Of a stretch of DNA of 56,848 nucleotides, positions 10,959 through 21,565 are shown piece by piece (the stretch's first letter is position 1; every line of letters starts with the position of its first letter). The position numbers were made by a program, and so were the translations under genes. The DNA comes from an uncultured Candidatus Saccharibacteria bacterium (GTDB taxonomy: Bacteria > Patescibacteriota > Minisyncoccia > Phycocordibacterales > UBA5272): the NCBI GenBank assembly GCA_964406165.1, contig CAYOQQ010000004.1:1-56848 (forward strand). The letters run 5' to 3'. The notes under the pieces were generated by a model that was given only the letters and a program-made list of their open reading frames with translations, had not been told where the DNA came from and searched no databases.

Positions 10959-12083
10959 ATGAAAAAAACACTATTCACAACACTTGTTCTTGGGATGACC
11001 CTTTCAGGTATTTCGGTATTCGCTGATAACGATGTAACACTTCCATCTACCCCGACTGTTTCATCAGTTCCAATGGTTTCAGAAAAGGAAGAAATGGTAT
11101 CAACTAACAATGGTAGACACCAAAAAGCAAAGTCACGTGCGGATAATCTCATTAAGGAGCGAATCAATAAGTTGCAAGAAAATATAAAGGTGATTACTTC
11201 CGATAAATCACTTACTGCTGACCAAAAAACAGCACTCAATACTATTTTGAACACAAATATTGCTGGGCTTACTACACTACAAGCTTCAATTGCAACTAGT
11301 ACTGATGCTACAAGTACAAAAAATCTTGTAAGTTCTATTTTTACTCAGTTTAGAATTTACGGAATTGTAATACCTCAAGTTCGCCTCGAGAAGCGAATTT
11401 ATGATCTTCAGAATCATTCGACTAAACTTTCTGACACATTCATTAAAGTTCAGTCCAAAATTGATGAATACAAAGGAAAAGGTAAGGATGTAACGGTATG
11501 GCAAAAGAGTCTTGATGACGCTAAGATTCTTGTTGCTAATGATATGAATACACTTGCCAATGCGCTTATAAGAGTATCAGCTCTTAAGCCTGTTGATTAC
11601 GGTACAACAAGTAAAGCGGTAATTGAGCAGACGAATGTTGATATCAAGAATGTGCTTAAAGATTTTAATTCAATAAAGAAAAATCTACATAAGCCAGCTG
11701 CGATGGGTAATGTATCAAAAAAGATACGAGGTGACGGTGAACACAGTCCTTCCCCACTCTTTGGGACTTCATGGACATGGATAAGCTCAACAGTAAATGG
11801 TGTAACAACAACTGCACCACAAGGTGGTAAATTCGTACTTTCTTTTGGAGAAGATAATCGAGTAAATAGTACAACAGACTGTAATGGTGTAGGTGGTAAG
11901 TATACTCTTGGTGCAAGTAGCTCAATCACATTTGGACAGTTTATGTCTACTATGATGTTCTGTGAGGGGTCAAAAGAGGCTGAGTATTCAGCACAACTTA
12001 TGAATACTAGTTCATATACATTAGATGGAGCATCACTTGTATTAAAGAATGCTTCAGGAACAATGATGTTTAGTAAGAAATAA
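10959..12083 (+). CDS. secreted protein with a helical N-terminal region and a C-terminal META (HslJ-like) domain
   Basis: It has a signal peptide. The C-terminal 110 aa (W.W......FVLSFGEDNRVNSTTDCNGVGGKYTL...MMFC) resemble META/DUF306. Confidence 0.55.
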   Translation: MKKTLFTTLVLGMTLSGISVFADNDVTLPSTPTVSSVPMVSEKEEMVSTNNGRHQKAKSRADNLIKERINKLQENIKVITSDKSLTADQKTALNTILNTNIAGLTTLQASIATSTDATSTKNLVSSIFTQFRIYGIVIPQVRLEKRIYDLQNHSTKLSDTFIKVQSKIDEYKGKGKDVTVWQKSLDDAKILVANDMNTLANALIRVSALKPVDYGTTSKAVIEQTNVDIKNVLKDFNSIKKNLHKPAAMGNVSKKIRGDGEHSPSPLFGTSWTWISSTVNGVTTTAPQGGKFVLSFGEDNRVNSTTDCNGVGGKYTLGASSSITFGQFMSTMMFCEGSKEAEYSAQLMNTSSYTLDGASLVLKNASGTMMFSKK

Positions 12084-12104
12084 GAATATTCGAATTGGAC
12101 ATAC

Positions 12105-12134
12105 AAAAGGTGGGCGCGTAGCGCCCGCCTTTTG
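12105..12134. terminator. bidirectional terminator
   Basis: aaaaggtgggcgc-gta-gcgcccgcctttt lies between convergent genes. Confidence 0.7.
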
Positions 12135-12139
12135 TAGTA

Positions 12140-12787
12140 TTAGTGTGCTATTGTGTACGCGCTAACGCTTGAAGCGCCCTTTTCTAGCAGAACTTTCCTC
12201 GCTTCAATAAGGGTAGCCCCTGTTGTTGTAACATCATCAAGTAAGATAATGTCTTTATGTTGTACATCAGGGTGTGCCAAGAAAGTGTTTTTTCTGTTTA
12301 TCAATCTCTCATGTCTTGAATGAGTGGCCACTTGTCTTCTTTTTGTGACGGGCCCACTATACGAAAGATAGTGACTTTTAACAGGTAGATTAAGTTCTTT
12401 GCCTACAAATTGTGCAAGTACTTCAGCGTGGTTGTATCCTCGCAGTAGTTTTCGTAGTTTTGGCATCGGAATAGGCACTAACATATAATCTCTATTTTTA
12501 ACTTGTGGAATTTCCTGAGCAACAATTTTCGCTAAGGGTACAATAAGATCTTTCCTGTGAAAATATTTAGTAGCGTGAACTATACGCTTAATACGATGGT
12601 CTCTAAAGGAGTAGAGACTGATAATAAAAGGTGCAGGTGTTTCGATTGATTTAGTTAATGTTTTAGAACAGGGTTTGCAGAGCGGCAATTGGTCTGTATC
12701 ACTTTTACAAAGGTAACAATTAACCGGGAAAAGTAGTAAAGATATTTTTGAGACGGATTGTGAAAGTAGCTTTGTAATCATCCACAT
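12140..12787 (-). CDS. comFC: ComF-family phosphoribosyltransferase-like competence protein
   Basis: N-terminal CxxC...CxxC (CYLCKS..CKPC) and PRTase motif IILLDDVTTTGATL. The start is moved to an internal ATG to avoid overlap with divergent pilM. Confidence 0.75.
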   Translation of the reverse strand: MWMITKLLSQSVSKISLLLFPVNCYLCKSDTDQLPLCKPCSKTLTKSIETPAPFIISLYSFRDHRIKRIVHATKYFHRKDLIVPLAKIVAQEIPQVKNRDYMLVPIPMPKLRKLLRGYNHAEVLAQFVGKELNLPVKSHYLSYSGPVTKRRQVATHSRHERLINRKNTFLAHPDVQHKDIILLDDVTTTGATLIEARKVLLEKGASSVSAYTIAH

Positions 12788-12841
12788 ATCTATATAGTTT
12801 ATAAAGAAAAAATACAGAAAGATAGTATATACTACAAGTGT

Positions 12842-13909
12842 ATGTTTCACCTTTTCAGTAAAGACGAACTTGCACAAGCGATTGGTCTGGATATTGGAAC
12901 TTCAGCCGTGAAAGTTGTACAACTTCGCAGAGAAAAAAATAAAATCATTCTTGATACATATGGTGAAGTGGCACTTGGGCCATATGCCGGCCTTAAAATT
13001 GGTCAAGGTGCACATTTGGGTGAAGAAAAGCTACTCGAGGCAATCCAGGATTTATTTAAAGAGGCAAAAATTACTGCTAGAAATACCGTTATTGCAATTG
13101 ATCCACAAGGAGCCTATGTTTCACTTGTCCATGTACCAAAAGTTCCTGACGAGCAGTTACGCACCATGATGCCACTAGAAGCCAGAAAATATATCCCAAT
13201 TCCACTCACTGAAGTACAAATGGACTGGTGGCATGTGCCAGAAACAGTTAAATTCAGTACTGATGATAAATCAGCAAACGTGGTGCTTGCCGCAGTCAAC
13301 AATTCAACACTCATTGCATATGATAGTCTGGTTAAAAAATTAGATTTACGAAATGTTGAATATGAGATACATGGGTATAGTCTATTGCGTAGTTCACCAC
13401 CACACACACATAGCATGGTGATGTATGTGGACATTGGAGCAGAAAGCACAACGCTCTCACTCGTGTATCAGGGTATTGTTTTAGACATGCACGTTATTAC
13501 ACGTGGGTCACAAGAAAGTACGATGCAACTATCTCGTGCATTATCAATAACAGTAGACACAGCAGAAGAATCAAAGAGAGTTTTTGGATATAAGGGTGAT
13601 GAAGCTAATCCATACTTAAAAGATATCCTTGAATTATCGAGTTATCCACTTTTTGGAGAGGTCGCAAGACTATCGCTTATGTACGAAAGAAAGTATAATC
13701 AGACTATAGAAGGAATAATTTTAACAGGTGGTGGGGCAAGAGTACCAGGCATGCTTACTACGTACAGTAAGACAGTTCATATTGCCGGGAGAATTGTAAC
13801 ACCGTTTGAGCAGGTGATAGTACCAGAGTTCTTAACAGAAATGATGGAGCGAGTTGGTCCAACATATGCTGTTGCACTCGGGTGTGCACTTAAAAAATTA
13901 ATTTCTTAA
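12842..13909 (+). CDS. pilM: type IV pilus assembly protein PilM (actin-like ATPase fold)
   Basis: It contains IGLDIGTSAVKVVQL and LTGGGARVPG and is first in the pilus cluster. Confidence 0.85.
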   Translation: MFHLFSKDELAQAIGLDIGTSAVKVVQLRREKNKIILDTYGEVALGPYAGLKIGQGAHLGEEKLLEAIQDLFKEAKITARNTVIAIDPQGAYVSLVHVPKVPDEQLRTMMPLEARKYIPIPLTEVQMDWWHVPETVKFSTDDKSANVVLAAVNNSTLIAYDSLVKKLDLRNVEYEIHGYSLLRSSPPHTHSMVMYVDIGAESTTLSLVYQGIVLDMHVITRGSQESTMQLSRALSITVDTAEESKRVFGYKGDEANPYLKDILELSSYPLFGEVARLSLMYERKYNQTIEGIILTGGGARVPGMLTTYSKTVHIAGRIVTPFEQVIVPEFLTEMMERVGPTYAVALGCALKKLIS

Positions 13910-13921
13910 TTTAACCTACTC

Positions 13922-14668
13922 ATGGCATTCTCATTTTCTCCAGGACAAATAGCACCACAAGGAAGCCAGGCAGCGGTAGCGCCAGGTACTGTAGCACCAG
14001 GAACAGCTATTGCACCAGTTCAAGGGGAACCATCAACATCTCCACTGCTTATTTTACGTGAACGGTCAGAAGGAAAGCCTATATCTATTATGGCTTGTAT
14101 TCAGCTAGTACTAACTGTAGTTGCCATTTTGTCAGTAATTACTTCAGTTATTCTGTACTCGTATATGGTCTATCTATCTTCAAATATAGAAAAGCAGAAA
14201 ACTCTTATTGGTGAAAAAGACGCACAATTTAAAACCTACCCATTTGATGAGATGCAGATATTGTCAGTTAAATTTGCTTCATTAGATACAGCACTTAAGT
14301 CATATATCTCACCAAGATCACCATTAAAGTTTTTGGAAAACGTTGTTGAAAACCAAGTATATTTTGATGATTTTTCATTAACGCAAACCATAAATGGTGC
14401 AGGGTATGTTATTGAGTTTTCTGTGGTTACAAACAACTACCGTGCACTTATCCAGCAATTGGAGTCCTTAAACTTACGAGAATACAGTAAGGTTGCTCCA
14501 AAGCCATCAGCTAATAATCTTACAGACGCAGGTAATGCAGTTAAGATAAAAGTATCAACACCGATTTTCGTACAAGGTGTACTTCCTGATGAAATTGTAT
14601 TTTTGGATCCATTTGCTGTTTCAACTTCGACCCCAGTTAAGCCGGCTTCTGCAACAACTACACCATAA
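13922..14668 (+). CDS. bitopic membrane protein, PilN-like by position
   Basis: It has a Pro/Ala-rich N-terminus and a single TM, and sits directly after pilM. No strong motif. Confidence 0.4.
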   Translation: MAFSFSPGQIAPQGSQAAVAPGTVAPGTAIAPVQGEPSTSPLLILRERSEGKPISIMACIQLVLTVVAILSVITSVILYSYMVYLSSNIEKQKTLIGEKDAQFKTYPFDEMQILSVKFASLDTALKSYISPRSPLKFLENVVENQVYFDDFSLTQTINGAGYVIEFSVVTNNYRALIQQLESLNLREYSKVAPKPSANNLTDAGNAVKIKVSTPIFVQGVLPDEIVFLDPFAVSTSTPVKPASATTTP

Positions 14669-14679
14669 TAAACATTACT

Positions 14680-15273
14680 ATGTCACCAAAGATATTTACA
14701 TTACTCATAGTTCTCACAACAGCCTTCTTGTATTATGGTTTCTATATACCTGCCTTTAATCCAGTCCCGGGGCTTGTGTGGACACCGAAAGATACAATTC
14801 CAAGTCTGCAGGCTCAGAGTGTGACTTATACTAATGCACTTACTCAGATTTCAGAAGTAGAGCGAGGTGCCGCAAAGTTAAACTCAGATTATCTTGCTGT
14901 ATCAACAAGTACGATTGCTAGAATGCAAATCATGCTACCTAATCAGGTTGATAAATTAAAATTAATTAATGAAGTTAAGGCAATTGCTGATAAGGCAGAA
15001 GTACCTATTAGTAATGTGCTTGTAACTGAGGATACGAGATATCGTTCTTCTGATATGGGGGCGTACAATGTCACCTTTAACCTCAAGGCCAGATACCCTG
15101 CTTTTAAGCGACTTATGGCAGCATTCGAAAAAAATATGCGATTCTATTCTGTGACAGCAATATCAATCAAACGCCCGATAGAGGGGCAAACTGCTGAACC
15201 AGGGAACGCTGTGTTTGATAAGGAGGCTCTTACTATGTCAGTTACTTTTAGAGTGTATTACTTAAAACGATAA
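14680..15273 (+). CDS. bitopic membrane protein, PilO-like by position
   Basis: N-terminal TM followed by a coiled and alpha/beta region, third gene after pilM. Confidence 0.4.
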   Translation: MSPKIFTLLIVLTTAFLYYGFYIPAFNPVPGLVWTPKDTIPSLQAQSVTYTNALTQISEVERGAAKLNSDYLAVSTSTIARMQIMLPNQVDKLKLINEVKAIADKAEVPISNVLVTEDTRYRSSDMGAYNVTFNLKARYPAFKRLMAAFEKNMRFYSVTAISIKRPIEGQTAEPGNAVFDKEALTMSVTFRVYYLKR

Positions 15274-15278
15274 TATAT

Positions 15279-15620
15279 ATGCAAATTAGTCTTTCAAAAT
15301 TAAATGCAGTTGTAACAGGAATCATCATCGTAGGCTTAATAGCGTACACAGGATATTTCTTGTTTGGTATTTTTGTAAGAGGACCAAAGCCTGACCCAAC
15401 TCCAGTCATCTCTGAGGCGAGCGTTGGTGTTTATGGTACTAAAATGCAAAAAGCAGCTTCAGCACTTGTTAATCCTTCACAAAAAGTTAATCTTTCTAAA
15501 AAAGATTTAGCATTTACGGAAAAAGATCTTTTTAACTCATTTACGGAGCTTCCTATTAAAGTGCCTTTAACAGATTCACGAGGACGTGAGGATCCTTTTG
15601 TCCCGTATGTTGCTCCTTGA
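15279..15620 (+). CDS. small bitopic membrane protein of the pilus cluster
   Basis: 113 aa, single TM, tightly packed between the PilO-like gene and pilB. Confidence 0.35.
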   Translation: MQISLSKLNAVVTGIIIVGLIAYTGYFLFGIFVRGPKPDPTPVISEASVGVYGTKMQKAASALVNPSQKVNLSKKDLAFTEKDLFNSFTELPIKVPLTDSRGREDPFVPYVAP

Positions 15621-15639
15621 CCTTTTTGTTAGTCACAAT

Positions 15640-17358
15640 ATGTTAACCGAAATCGAACCTAAAGAAATCGATGCAAGTGTATCCTCGACAGAGGGTGTTC
15701 TTGTTGATGATTTACTTGCGAAGAAAAACATTACAAGTGATGAGATAACAGAAGTGAGAAGTACCCTTCATGGCCTCCCAATTTACCGTGGGGACATCGG
15801 AGATAATAAAGATTTAACTAAATACATTAATATTGTGCAGTCTAAGCAATTTTTGGCTGTACCACTTGAGATGAAAGATGAAGTGCTTCTTGTGGGGGTG
15901 GTAGACCCTGAACACGGGAATGTGCTTGCAAGTCTTCAGTTTTTATTCGGAGCTGATCATCAGGCGTACAAAGTGTATCTTATTACCTATGATGCATTTA
16001 AGAAACATTTCGGTATTATTTCAGCAGACGATCTTGAAGAGAAGGCTAGTGTAACAGATCAGGTGGATAATGAAGTACTTTCATATGTTTCTAAAGAGGA
16101 TGACAAATTAGATGACGATGAAGAAGATGATGGAGAAATAGATCTAGAAAATACAAGTGGATTACTAGATAAAAATCTTGCAAAACTCCCAATACCTGAA
16201 ATTTTTAGTACGATTTTGCGTTATGCCATTGATAACACAGCATCTGATATCCATATTGAACACATCGGACTTTCTGTGCGTACTCGTGTGCGTATGGACG
16301 GTCGACTAGAACAGATTGCAGCTCTTCCTGCTAAACTTCACCCGATGATTATTGCCCGTATTAAGATTCTTTGTGGCATGAAGCTAGATGAAAAACGAAA
16401 GCCACAAGACGGGCGTTTTAGTACAAAATTCGGAGATCGAAAGATCGACTACCGTGTGTCATCATTCCCAGGTTATTACGGTGAAAAGATCGTAATCCGT
16501 ATTCTCGATAGTATTAAAGGAGTAAAACTCCTAAATGATCTTGGTTTTTCTACATTACAGATGACTCAAATTCGTGCAGCTCTCGGTGCTCCGTATGGAA
16601 TGGTACTTATCTCAGGACCTACAGGATCAGGAAAGACAACAACTCTTTATTCGATGCTCAATGAAATCGACCGTGATCACAAGAATGTGGTGTCACTCGA
16701 GGATCCGGTGGAATATAACGTGGGAGGTATGAACCAATCACAGGTGTTCCCAGATATCGGGTATACCTTCGCCTCAGGACTTCGTTCTATTCTTCGTCAG
16801 GACCCTGATGTAATCATGGTGGGAGAAATTCGTGATGGTGAGACTGCTCAGCTTGCTATCCAGGCAGCGCTCACTGGTCACTTGGTATTTTCAACAATCC
16901 ACACCAACACGTCTATTGGTGTAATCACACGACTTCTTGATATGGGTATTGAGTCATACCTTATTGCCCCGGTTTTGATTGCCGCTTTAGGTCAACGACT
17001 TTCTCGTAGAATTGCAGATGATTGTGGCAAACCTATGGAAATGACTGCATCTCTTAAGGAGATGGTTCAAAAGCAGTTTGCTGATTTACCTGATGAGTTT
17101 AAAAAGGAATTCCAAATTGATAGGCCACTTTATGAAGCAGTGGGTAATACACAGTTCCCAACTGGTATGAAAGGTCGAGTTCCTGTATTTGAAGTACTTT
17201 CAATAACAGATGAAATTGAAGAAGCTATATTGCGCAGTAAGGGTGAGGAAGCGATTCGTGAAATTGCACGTAAGAATGGGATGATAAGTATTAAAGAAGA
17301 TGCAATGATTAAATGCATGGGTGGGCTCATTCCATTTATTGATCTGGCAGAACTGTAA
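15640..17358 (+). CDS. pilB: type IV pilus assembly (extension) ATPase PilB/GspE family
   Basis: Walker A GPTGSGKTTT, T2SSE signature LRQDPDVIMVGEIRD, and a His box. The start is set at the internal ATG just after the upstream stop. Confidence 0.9.
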   Translation: MLTEIEPKEIDASVSSTEGVLVDDLLAKKNITSDEITEVRSTLHGLPIYRGDIGDNKDLTKYINIVQSKQFLAVPLEMKDEVLLVGVVDPEHGNVLASLQFLFGADHQAYKVYLITYDAFKKHFGIISADDLEEKASVTDQVDNEVLSYVSKEDDKLDDDEEDDGEIDLENTSGLLDKNLAKLPIPEIFSTILRYAIDNTASDIHIEHIGLSVRTRVRMDGRLEQIAALPAKLHPMIIARIKILCGMKLDEKRKPQDGRFSTKFGDRKIDYRVSSFPGYYGEKIVIRILDSIKGVKLLNDLGFSTLQMTQIRAALGAPYGMVLISGPTGSGKTTTLYSMLNEIDRDHKNVVSLEDPVEYNVGGMNQSQVFPDIGYTFASGLRSILRQDPDVIMVGEIRDGETAQLAIQAALTGHLVFSTIHTNTSIGVITRLLDMGIESYLIAPVLIAALGQRLSRRIADDCGKPMEMTASLKEMVQKQFADLPDEFKKEFQIDRPLYEAVGNTQFPTGMKGRVPVFEVLSITDEIEEAILRSKGEEAIREIARKNGMISIKEDAMIKCMGGLIPFIDLAEL

Positions 17359-17549
17359 AATATTGATTTTAGTCAGTGACAGTAGACTTTCAATACAGAA
17401 AATAATTCATGTAAGCTGTATTTGTATTTATATATTACTAAACTCTACAAACTGTCCATAGTTATCCAATTGTACTTATTAACTTGCTTGGTATACTTCA
17501 CTCTATAAGGCTGTGCGCTTTGTGACTAAATTTCTTCATTACCTCTACC

Positions 17550-18608
17550 ATGAATTATAAAACTGAACTTGACGATATTGTAATGACTCTTGTAAAAGAG
17601 AATGGGTCAGATATTCACTTTACCGTCGGGCATCCACCTATTTTAAGAATAAATCGTGAGCTTATCCCACTTACTCGAAAGCCAGAGTTAACTGCGGAGC
17701 ATACACTTGGTTTTCTTCATGAGATGATAGAGGAGAAGCAGTTAACGAACTTCGTGGTGACTCAGGAGCTTGATTTTGCCTATGAACATCGGAATGAGTA
17801 TCGTCTTCGAGGTAATGCATGTTTCCAGAAAGGTGTTATTGCTGTCACGCTTCGACTTATTCCGAAAGTAAGGTCACTTGCAGAGCTTGGGCTGCCGGAG
17901 CAACTCATTCATATTTCTCGAGAACGACAAGGGTTCTTCCTTGTTGTGGGTTCTGTAGGGCAAGGAAAATCAACAACTTTAGCTGCCATGGTTCAACAGA
18001 TTAATTCCGAATCCAAAAGACATGTATTAACAATTGAAGACCCAGTTGAGTTTCATTTTGATCAAGAAAAATCTCTAATCGAGCAACGTGAGGTTGGTAT
18101 TGATACTTCTAGCTTTACTTCAGCACTTTTGCATTCATTGCGACAAGATGTGGATGTGATAATGATTGGTGAAATGAGTGATAGAGATACTATGCAAACT
18201 GCAGTTACTGCAGCAGAAACAGGGCACTTAGTGTTGGCGACACTCCACAGTAACTCAGCTGCTCAGACTATTGACCGTATTATTGACTCGTTCCCGGGAG
18301 ATCAGCAGAATCAAATTAGACTTCAGCTTGCCTCTTCGCTTATAGGTGTGCTTTCACAGCACCTTATACAAACAACTTCTGGAGGTCTAACTCCTATTTT
18401 TGAGTTACTTTTGAATACTGGAGCTGTTTCAAATCTTATTCGTGAAAATAGAACAAATGAAATTGATAACGTTATTGAGACAGGGGCAAAGGATGGCATG
18501 ATCGATCTTGATAGATTCCTTGCAGATCTTGTGCGACGAGGAATTGTTGCACGTGATGTTGCGTATGGGTTCGCAAGAAGACGAGCTCTATTTGATAGAC
18601 TTCTATAA
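17550..18608 (+). CDS. pilT: twitching motility (retraction) ATPase PilT
   Basis: 352 aa with GSVGQGKSTT, LRQDVDVIMIGEMSD and ATLHSNSAAQTIDRI. Confidence 0.9.
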   Translation: MNYKTELDDIVMTLVKENGSDIHFTVGHPPILRINRELIPLTRKPELTAEHTLGFLHEMIEEKQLTNFVVTQELDFAYEHRNEYRLRGNACFQKGVIAVTLRLIPKVRSLAELGLPEQLIHISRERQGFFLVVGSVGQGKSTTLAAMVQQINSESKRHVLTIEDPVEFHFDQEKSLIEQREVGIDTSSFTSALLHSLRQDVDVIMIGEMSDRDTMQTAVTAAETGHLVLATLHSNSAAQTIDRIIDSFPGDQQNQIRLQLASSLIGVLSQHLIQTTSGGLTPIFELLLNTGAVSNLIRENRTNEIDNVIETGAKDGMIDLDRFLADLVRRGIVARDVAYGFARRRALFDRLL

Positions 18609-18616
18609 AGTAATAT

Positions 18617-19843
18617 ATGCTATATCACTATTCTTGGTTAAATGATAATGGTAACAAGGAAGAGGCAGACGTTGATGCAACGTCGCTTGATAATGCTATT
18701 ATACTTATCCAAAGTAAGGGTATAAAGACAATTCTTGAAGTTAAAGAAAAGGTTGATAAAGAGAATAATGTTATCGCAGCGGTTACGAATTCGAAATTTT
18801 TTAAACAAAAAATCAAGCCAAAAGATGTGGTGCTTTTTTCACGCCAAGTTGCAACACTCTTTGAAGCGGGAGTTTCTGCACTTCGTGCATTTCGGCTTCT
18901 TGCACAGGAAAATGAAAATAAAACGCTTCAAGAAGAGATTATGGCTGTTGCGGATGATATAGAGTCAGGTATCTCTCTTTCTGACGCTCTCACTAAGCGA
19001 CCTGAGCTTTTCTCGAATTTTTATGTGAACATGGTAAAAGCGGGTGAAGAAAGCGGGAAACTTAACGAAGTGTTCTTATACTTGGCGGATTATCTTGATC
19101 GTAACTATGAACTCTCACAAAAAATAAAGAAAGCTCTTACATATCCGAGTTTCGTTATTGGAACATTCTTCGCAATTATGATTGGTATGCTTACTTTTGT
19201 GGTTCCAAAAATGGCTAAAATGTTCGCAGAAGAAGGTGCCACACTCCCACTTGTTACTAGAATGGTATTGTTTGTTTCTGATCTGTTCGTTAAGTATGGC
19301 CCAATCACTTTCCCAATGATTGGTGTTGGGATTTTCTTTTTCATTAGATGGAAAAATACAGAAGAGGGTGGATATAAGGTTGATGAATTCACTATGAAAG
19401 TACCTGTATTTAAGGACGTTGTTCAAAAAATCTTCTTACAGCACTTGGCGGATAACATGAACACGATGCTTTCAAACGGTGTGCCAATTGTTAAATCACT
19501 CGATATTACAACATCTATTCTTGAAAATAGAGTATATAAGCAACTCATGGGGAGAGTCTCCCAAAAAGTACAAACTGGTAAATCGTTTTCAAAAGCACTT
19601 TATGAAGAGCCTCTTGTCCCGAACATTCTTGTTCAAATGGTGCATATCGGTGAAGAAACCGGAGAACTTGCGTATATCTTGAAAAATCTTGCAACATTCT
19701 ATCGCCGTGAACTAGACACTGCTATTGATAGTATGATTGGTCTTATTGAGCCTGCTATGATTGTAAGTCTTGGTGTAGGTGTAGGTGTACTTGTTTCTGC
19801 GATTCTTCTGCCGATGTACTCACTTTCAGATGCTATTAAGTAA
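18617..19843 (+). CDS. pilC: type IV pilus platform protein PilC (T2SS F family)
   Basis: It has two T2SF repeats (FSRQVATLFEAGVS... and MLSNGVPIVKSL...) and is polytopic. Confidence 0.9.
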   Translation: MLYHYSWLNDNGNKEEADVDATSLDNAIILIQSKGIKTILEVKEKVDKENNVIAAVTNSKFFKQKIKPKDVVLFSRQVATLFEAGVSALRAFRLLAQENENKTLQEEIMAVADDIESGISLSDALTKRPELFSNFYVNMVKAGEESGKLNEVFLYLADYLDRNYELSQKIKKALTYPSFVIGTFFAIMIGMLTFVVPKMAKMFAEEGATLPLVTRMVLFVSDLFVKYGPITFPMIGVGIFFFIRWKNTEEGGYKVDEFTMKVPVFKDVVQKIFLQHLADNMNTMLSNGVPIVKSLDITTSILENRVYKQLMGRVSQKVQTGKSFSKALYEEPLVPNILVQMVHIGEETGELAYILKNLATFYRRELDTAIDSMIGLIEPAMIVSLGVGVGVLVSAILLPMYSLSDAIK

Positions 19844-20034
19844 TTAGGTGACATGTGAGTTTAAATTTCAACTCCTTATCTAAAATAACGTACCAGTTTG
19901 GAGCTTTGAGTTATTTCAATTCATTATTTTACAGAATAATTTGACAACTTATCCACATATATTTAGCTAATTACTTGTTTTTTGAAATAGTATGGGTATA
20001 TACTAAAACGTATCTATAAAAGATAGAAAAAATT

Positions 20035-20739
20035 ATGTCAAACACATTTACAAAAAATAGTTTCCGTGGATTCACCCTTATTGAGCTTCTCGTGGTTATC
20101 GCCATCATTGGTCTCCTTTCAACAATTATTGCTGCACCTATTCAGAGTGCTCGTAAGAAGGCTCGTGATGCTAAGAAGATTGCCGAACTAAAGAGTACAC
20201 AGCTTGCGTTTGAACAGTACGCTGAATCTAACTCAGCACAGTACCCGACAACTCTCTCTGCACTTTCTCCTCAGTTCATGCCTGTTCTTCCAACGTTTGC
20301 TGCTTCTACAACATCTAATCAGCGTGACTCATTCCTTTACACATATTACACAGCGTCATCTACTGGTGCTCAGAGTCAAATCTTCGCATATCACTTCGGT
20401 GTTAAGCTAGAAGTGTACGGTCCTGCTCTTGAAACTGACCGTGACTGTAAAGGTGCTGACCTTACTGATCAGCTCGCTATCCCACTTTGTGCTGTATACA
20501 ACGGTAACTACATGGTTGGAACTCGTGTAGCTACTGGTAACCAAATTCCATTTGCTAGTATGGCTTCAACAACTGGAGGGGGTCAAGCTCCTAACAGTAT
20601 CACCGGAACAGACTTCGAAGCTTCAAGTTCTACAGCCGCTGTATCAAGTGCTCTAGGTATCTCAATCTACACAGAAAACTCAACTACAACTTGTATTGCT
20701 ATCAACGACTGTATCTTCGATATTACGTCTCAGCAATAA
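20035..20739 (+). CDS. pilA: type IV pilin, copy 1
   Basis: Prepilin leader and class III signal: MSNTFTKNSFRG/FTLIELLVVIAIIGLL (G-1, F+1, E+5). Confidence 0.8.
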   Translation: MSNTFTKNSFRGFTLIELLVVIAIIGLLSTIIAAPIQSARKKARDAKKIAELKSTQLAFEQYAESNSAQYPTTLSALSPQFMPVLPTFAASTTSNQRDSFLYTYYTASSTGAQSQIFAYHFGVKLEVYGPALETDRDCKGADLTDQLAIPLCAVYNGNYMVGTRVATGNQIPFASMASTTGGGQAPNSITGTDFEASSSTAAVSSALGISIYTENSTTTCIAINDCIFDITSQQ

Positions 20740-20763
20740 TTCTTTAGTAGGAAACTGTTAATT

Positions 20764-21522
20764 GTGTTGTCTATCTTAGCTTTCATTTACGGTGCATCTA
20801 TTGGAAGTTTTGCACAAGTTGTTGCTTCACGACTACACGTAGCACCTATTATGAAAGGACGTAGCAAGTGCCTCTCCTGCGGAGAGGCACTTCGCGTTTC
20901 TGACCTGGTTCCAATTTTCTCTTATCTTTTCCTCGGTGGTAAGTGTAGATACTGTAAAAGCTCGTATGGAGTATCTGCGCTTGTCGTTGAAGTGCTTTTT
21001 GGGATTACTTTTCTTCTTCTCTATAAATGTATCTTGGTTGGTCAGGTGTCAATGTTTATTAGCTTACTCTGGCTTGTTTACTACACAGCACTCTTTATTG
21101 TGCTAGGTGTTATGGCTTTATATGATAGAGCTCATTCATATATACCAATTCAATTCCTTTCTGCCTTCTTAGTATTGTGTGGTGGTATGTTTGTCTTGAG
21201 AGTTATTGAAGATCCAAGCCTCACCACAATTCTCTCCCCACTATTTGTCGCTCTCCCATTTCTTCTTATCTGGTTAGTAACTAAAGGAAAGGGATTAGGG
21301 TTTGGAGATGTCATTCTATTCTTTGGAGTAGGGGCATTCTTCGGATCGTTACAGGGGTTTGCTGTGCTTATGATTTCTGTATGGACAGGAGCTTTATGGG
21401 GGCTTTATGTTAAATTTGTCCTTACTAAGAAGAAGGGGTATACCGCTATTCCCTTTGTACCGTTTATAGTTCTAGGGTTCCTGTTTGTGTTATTCACAGG
21501 TATTGATGTGTTTATGTTGTAA
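20764..21522 (+). CDS. pilD: prepilin peptidase (A24 family), copy 1; last codons altered by the duplication junction
   Basis: GTG start, CLSCGE...CRYCK zinc motif, polytopic, GFGDV catalytic Asp region. It ends VFML*, whereas copy 2 ends VFMFQF*. Confidence 0.8.
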   Translation: MLSILAFIYGASIGSFAQVVASRLHVAPIMKGRSKCLSCGEALRVSDLVPIFSYLFLGGKCRYCKSSYGVSALVVEVLFGITFLLLYKCILVGQVSMFISLLWLVYYTALFIVLGVMALYDRAHSYIPIQFLSAFLVLCGGMFVLRVIEDPSLTTILSPLFVALPFLLIWLVTKGKGLGFGDVILFFGVGAFFGSLQGFAVLMISVWTGALWGLYVKFVLTKKKGYTAIPFVPFIVLGFLFVLFTGIDVFML

Positions 21523-21565
21523 TTAGGTATATACTTAGTACTATCTACAAAAGATAGAAAAAATT